Source of the DNA: Octopus vulgaris
Taxonomy: Eukaryota
Length of the DNA: 64,000 nucleotides
Direction of reading: 5' to 3'
NCBI GenBank assembly: GCA_951406725.2
Contig: OX597843.1
Coordinates: 5,084,001 to 5,148,000 of the forward strand
Shown here: piece by piece, positions 61,901 through 64,000 of the stretch
Layout of the letters: every line of letters starts with the position of its first letter
Numbering within the stretch: the first letter of the stretch is position 1
Translations under genes and position numbers: made by a program
The notes under the pieces: model-generated
Database searches by the model: none
What the model was told of the DNA's origin: nothing
The model's input: only the letters and a program-made list of their open reading frames with translations

Positions 61901-63889
61901 TAAAGGGGCTACTACAGACTGTAAAGGGGTCAGACAAAAGATGATGCTTTAATAAAACAAAAAGTGGGGTAAGGTAATGGTGAAGTTACCTTCTAGAGTC
62001 ATGCTGACCCCTGGAGGGGACGCCAGTCCATCGCAGCGTTACTCGTTTTTGACAGCTGAGTGGACTGGAGCAACGTGAAATGAAGTGTTTTCCTCAAGAA
62101 CACAACGCGTCGCCTGGTCCAGGAATTGAAACCACAATCTACACTACATATATGTATATATAAATATAACACATGCATATATATGTATGACTGTGTGAGT
62201 GCTTATGAGACAAAATTCAGTGGAAAAAGGAGAATGATATAATTTACAAAAACAAACAGCAAAAAAAAATTAACAAAGAAAGAAACATAAGTAAATAGGG
62301 GCAACCCCCACCCCACTGGCTTCCAATTTATACACCTACACCAGGGAATATCATTGTAAACACTGCAGAAATGATTTGAGGTAATCTGAACCTATCACAG
62401 CATTAGAGTGGCAGATGGCGGGACTGGGCTGCATTTTAAAAGTGTATACAGATACACGTACATACATTCATATATATACGTATATATATGCATATACATA
62501 TATCTATATGTGCACATGTATACATACGTATATATATATACACACACACGCATATATATACGACAGGCTTCTTTCAATTTCCGCCTCCCAAATCTGTGGT
62601 CGGCTCAAGGCCAAAGAAAAAGACACTTGCCGAAGATGCCGTGTGTTTGGGAAGGGAGCTTCTTATCACACAGCCACGCCTTTATCTATTCCTAACAGTA
62701 TTTTCGGTCCTGAATACATCAACACAAGGCCTGAAATTTGGGAGGAATTCGATTTATCGATTACATTGACTTCAGTGCTCAACTAGTATTTATTTCGGAT
62801 CAGGACACCCACATAAGTTGGAGTTTCGACGGGTCTCCCCCCACGCTTCCTGATCCGAAACTCTTCCCGATATTGAAAAACATCAATACATGTCGGAGTT
62901 ACAAAGAAACGCGAGATGTGCTAGAAACAACAGCTAAACAGGTGCAGGAGTGGCAAGTAGCTTGCTTAACAACCACATGGTTCCGGGTTCAGTCCCACTG
63001 CGTGGCATCTTGGCCAAGTGTCTACTGCTATAGCCGCGGGCCGACCAAAGCCTTGTGAGTGGATTTGGTAGACGGAAACTGAAAGAAGCCCGTCGTATAT
63101 ATATATGCGTGTGTGTGTGTCCCCCAACATTGCTTAAGAACCGATGCTGGTGTGTTTACGTCCCCGTAACTTAGCGGTTCGGCAAAAGAGACCGATACAA
63201 AAGTACTAGGCTTACAAAGAATAAGTCCTGGAGTCGATTTGCTCGACGAAAAAAGGCGTTGCTCCAGCATGGCCGCAGTCAAATGACTGAAACAAGTAAA
63301 AGAGTAAATCTCCCTTAAATCACAGACATTTTCGTGTGAAAATACGAAGTTTTTTAACTATTTTTTTTTTTTGTTACTAAAAAGTTTTCTGAAAGCATCC
63401 AAGATACAACTAAGTGTGAATAAGAGACATGAAGGCCAGAGTTAGAATATCTTTGATCATAGGTCTGCTGGTTCAGGACTGACCTAGGGCTAAACAACAA
63501 CAAGAAGAAACAATCTTTCGACATTAGTAGACGAAATCATTCACCCACGCAGCCTTCTTCCTACATGACAGATAAAACAGGCTTAGCCCGACAAAGGAGG
63601 TGAACGACACTCTGTAGACCAATACCGAAAGAAGGCCAAAGATAATGTCCCCGCCAGATACTCTATGCCTAAATAAAAGAAAGGGTGGTCACGGCTAGAG
63701 CATGTTTGATCTACACAGGCCTACCGGAGGAGAACAAGAACGACCAGAAAAATAAGTAAAGACACATTTGATTTAAGTCCTAGGTATACTCAGCCAGAAT
63801 AGAACATATTCCTTACCTACAGCCTTCATATACTCATCGAAGTTGTCGCTGCTTATAATTTGCCATTTTCCGCATAATTTCGAAGCCAT
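55899..63889 (-). CDS. FABP: Fatty-acid-binding protein (iLBP family), intact 4-exon gene, 137 aa; join(63817..63889,58077..58264,56982..57083,55899..55949)
   Basis: Spliced product MASKLCGKWQIISSDNFDEYMKAVGVTAENRALANDKFSGSSKLCQLITNDGDSWTIKTITSVGEREVAFKIGEDFDSQTIDGRAVKVSMKMDGDTLVETQVGNGVESINNRSVEGANMIMTMSACGVTCTRKYEKV. All introns are GT-AG with phases 1/0/0, as in the iLBP family. Confidence 0.95.
56982..57083 (-). CDS. FABP: FABP exon 3 (102 nt)
   Basis: ctttcag|GTTTCC...ATTATG|gtaagt; VSMKMDGDTLVETQ...NNRSVEGANMIM. Confidence 0.92.
57690..57825. repeat. Perfect inverted repeat (54-bp arms, 28-nt loop) in FABP intron 2
   Basis: 57690-57743 is the exact reverse complement of 57772-57825. 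Confidence 0.97.
58077..58264 (-). CDS. FABP: FABP exon 2 (188 nt)
   Basis: ttgcag|GGGTC...GTGAAG|gtaaag; FKIGEDFDSQTIDGR motif. Confidence 0.95.
58415..58615 (+). mobile_element. SINE, internally deleted
   Basis: Head, core and tail segments of the 60195-60575 family. Confidence 0.75.
60195..60575 (+). mobile_element. Near full-length tRNA-derived SINE (dominant family here)
   Basis: ggtgcaggagtggctgtgtggtaag (A box), gggttcagtccc (B box), central microsatellite, and tail ccagcatggccgcagtcaaatgactgaaacaagta. Confidence 0.9.
60715..61043 (-). mobile_element. SINE (same family), inverted relative to 60195-60575
   Basis: Reverse-complement match. Confidence 0.9.
61465..61660 (+). mobile_element. 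CORE-like SINE variant; inverted partner at 62020-62140
   Basis: gtggtttcgattcctgga..gcgacgcgttgtgttctt..gcaaaacacttc.tttcacgttgctccagtccactc. Confidence 0.75.
62941..63307 (+). mobile_element. SINE (family of 60195-60575), near full length
   Basis: Head-to-tail match. Confidence 0.9.
63817..63889 (-). CDS. FABP: FABP exon 1 coding part (73 nt)
   Basis: caaaATGG start; GKW..SSDNFDEYMKAVG signature; G|gtaagg donor. Confidence 0.95.
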
Positions 63890-64000
63890 TTTGATTAATT
63901 AAAAGGTAATTCCTAATTAAGGTTTCTCTCTTCCGACCGGTATACTCGTAAGTTTTTCTCTCTCTCTTCTTATGTACAAGCCTTCTGTTGTTTCTCGTCC

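Overview
Eukaryotic, repeat-rich DNA. The SINE families point to a cephalopod, probably Octopus (inference). The window has three zones. (1) 0.1-8.4 kb: a 5'-truncated Penelope-like retroelement (RT + GIY-YIG) and three further short modules. Each abuts a (TA)n tract and carries a type I hammerhead ribozyme on the minus strand. SINEs, a 25-bp minisatellite and a small non-autonomous Helitron also lie here. (2) 8.4-50.9 kb: a ~42-kb patchwork of short fragments from unrelated donors, including Merlin/IS1595-like transposase, Gypsy gag-protease, LINE ORF1 and RT tail, Helitron RepHel, Tc1/mariner, parvovirus NS1, RING finger, ankyrin repeats and a TERT-like exon. Almost all coding fragments lie on the minus strand, are joined at short microhomologies, and have been re-amplified into tandem arrays (about 154, 129, 293, 1800, 111 and 1780 bp units). 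The ~12-kb 293-bp array is built from a TERT TEN-domain exon piece, an ankyrin piece and a third piece, whose less-decayed source copies sit at 8.4-9.8 kb. (3) 51-64 kb: ordinary SINE-rich DNA with an intact four-exon fatty-acid-binding protein gene on the minus strand, which has a perfect 54-bp-arm hairpin in intron 2. Family calls come from motif recognition by eye. No database searches were run, and repeat boundaries are approximate.
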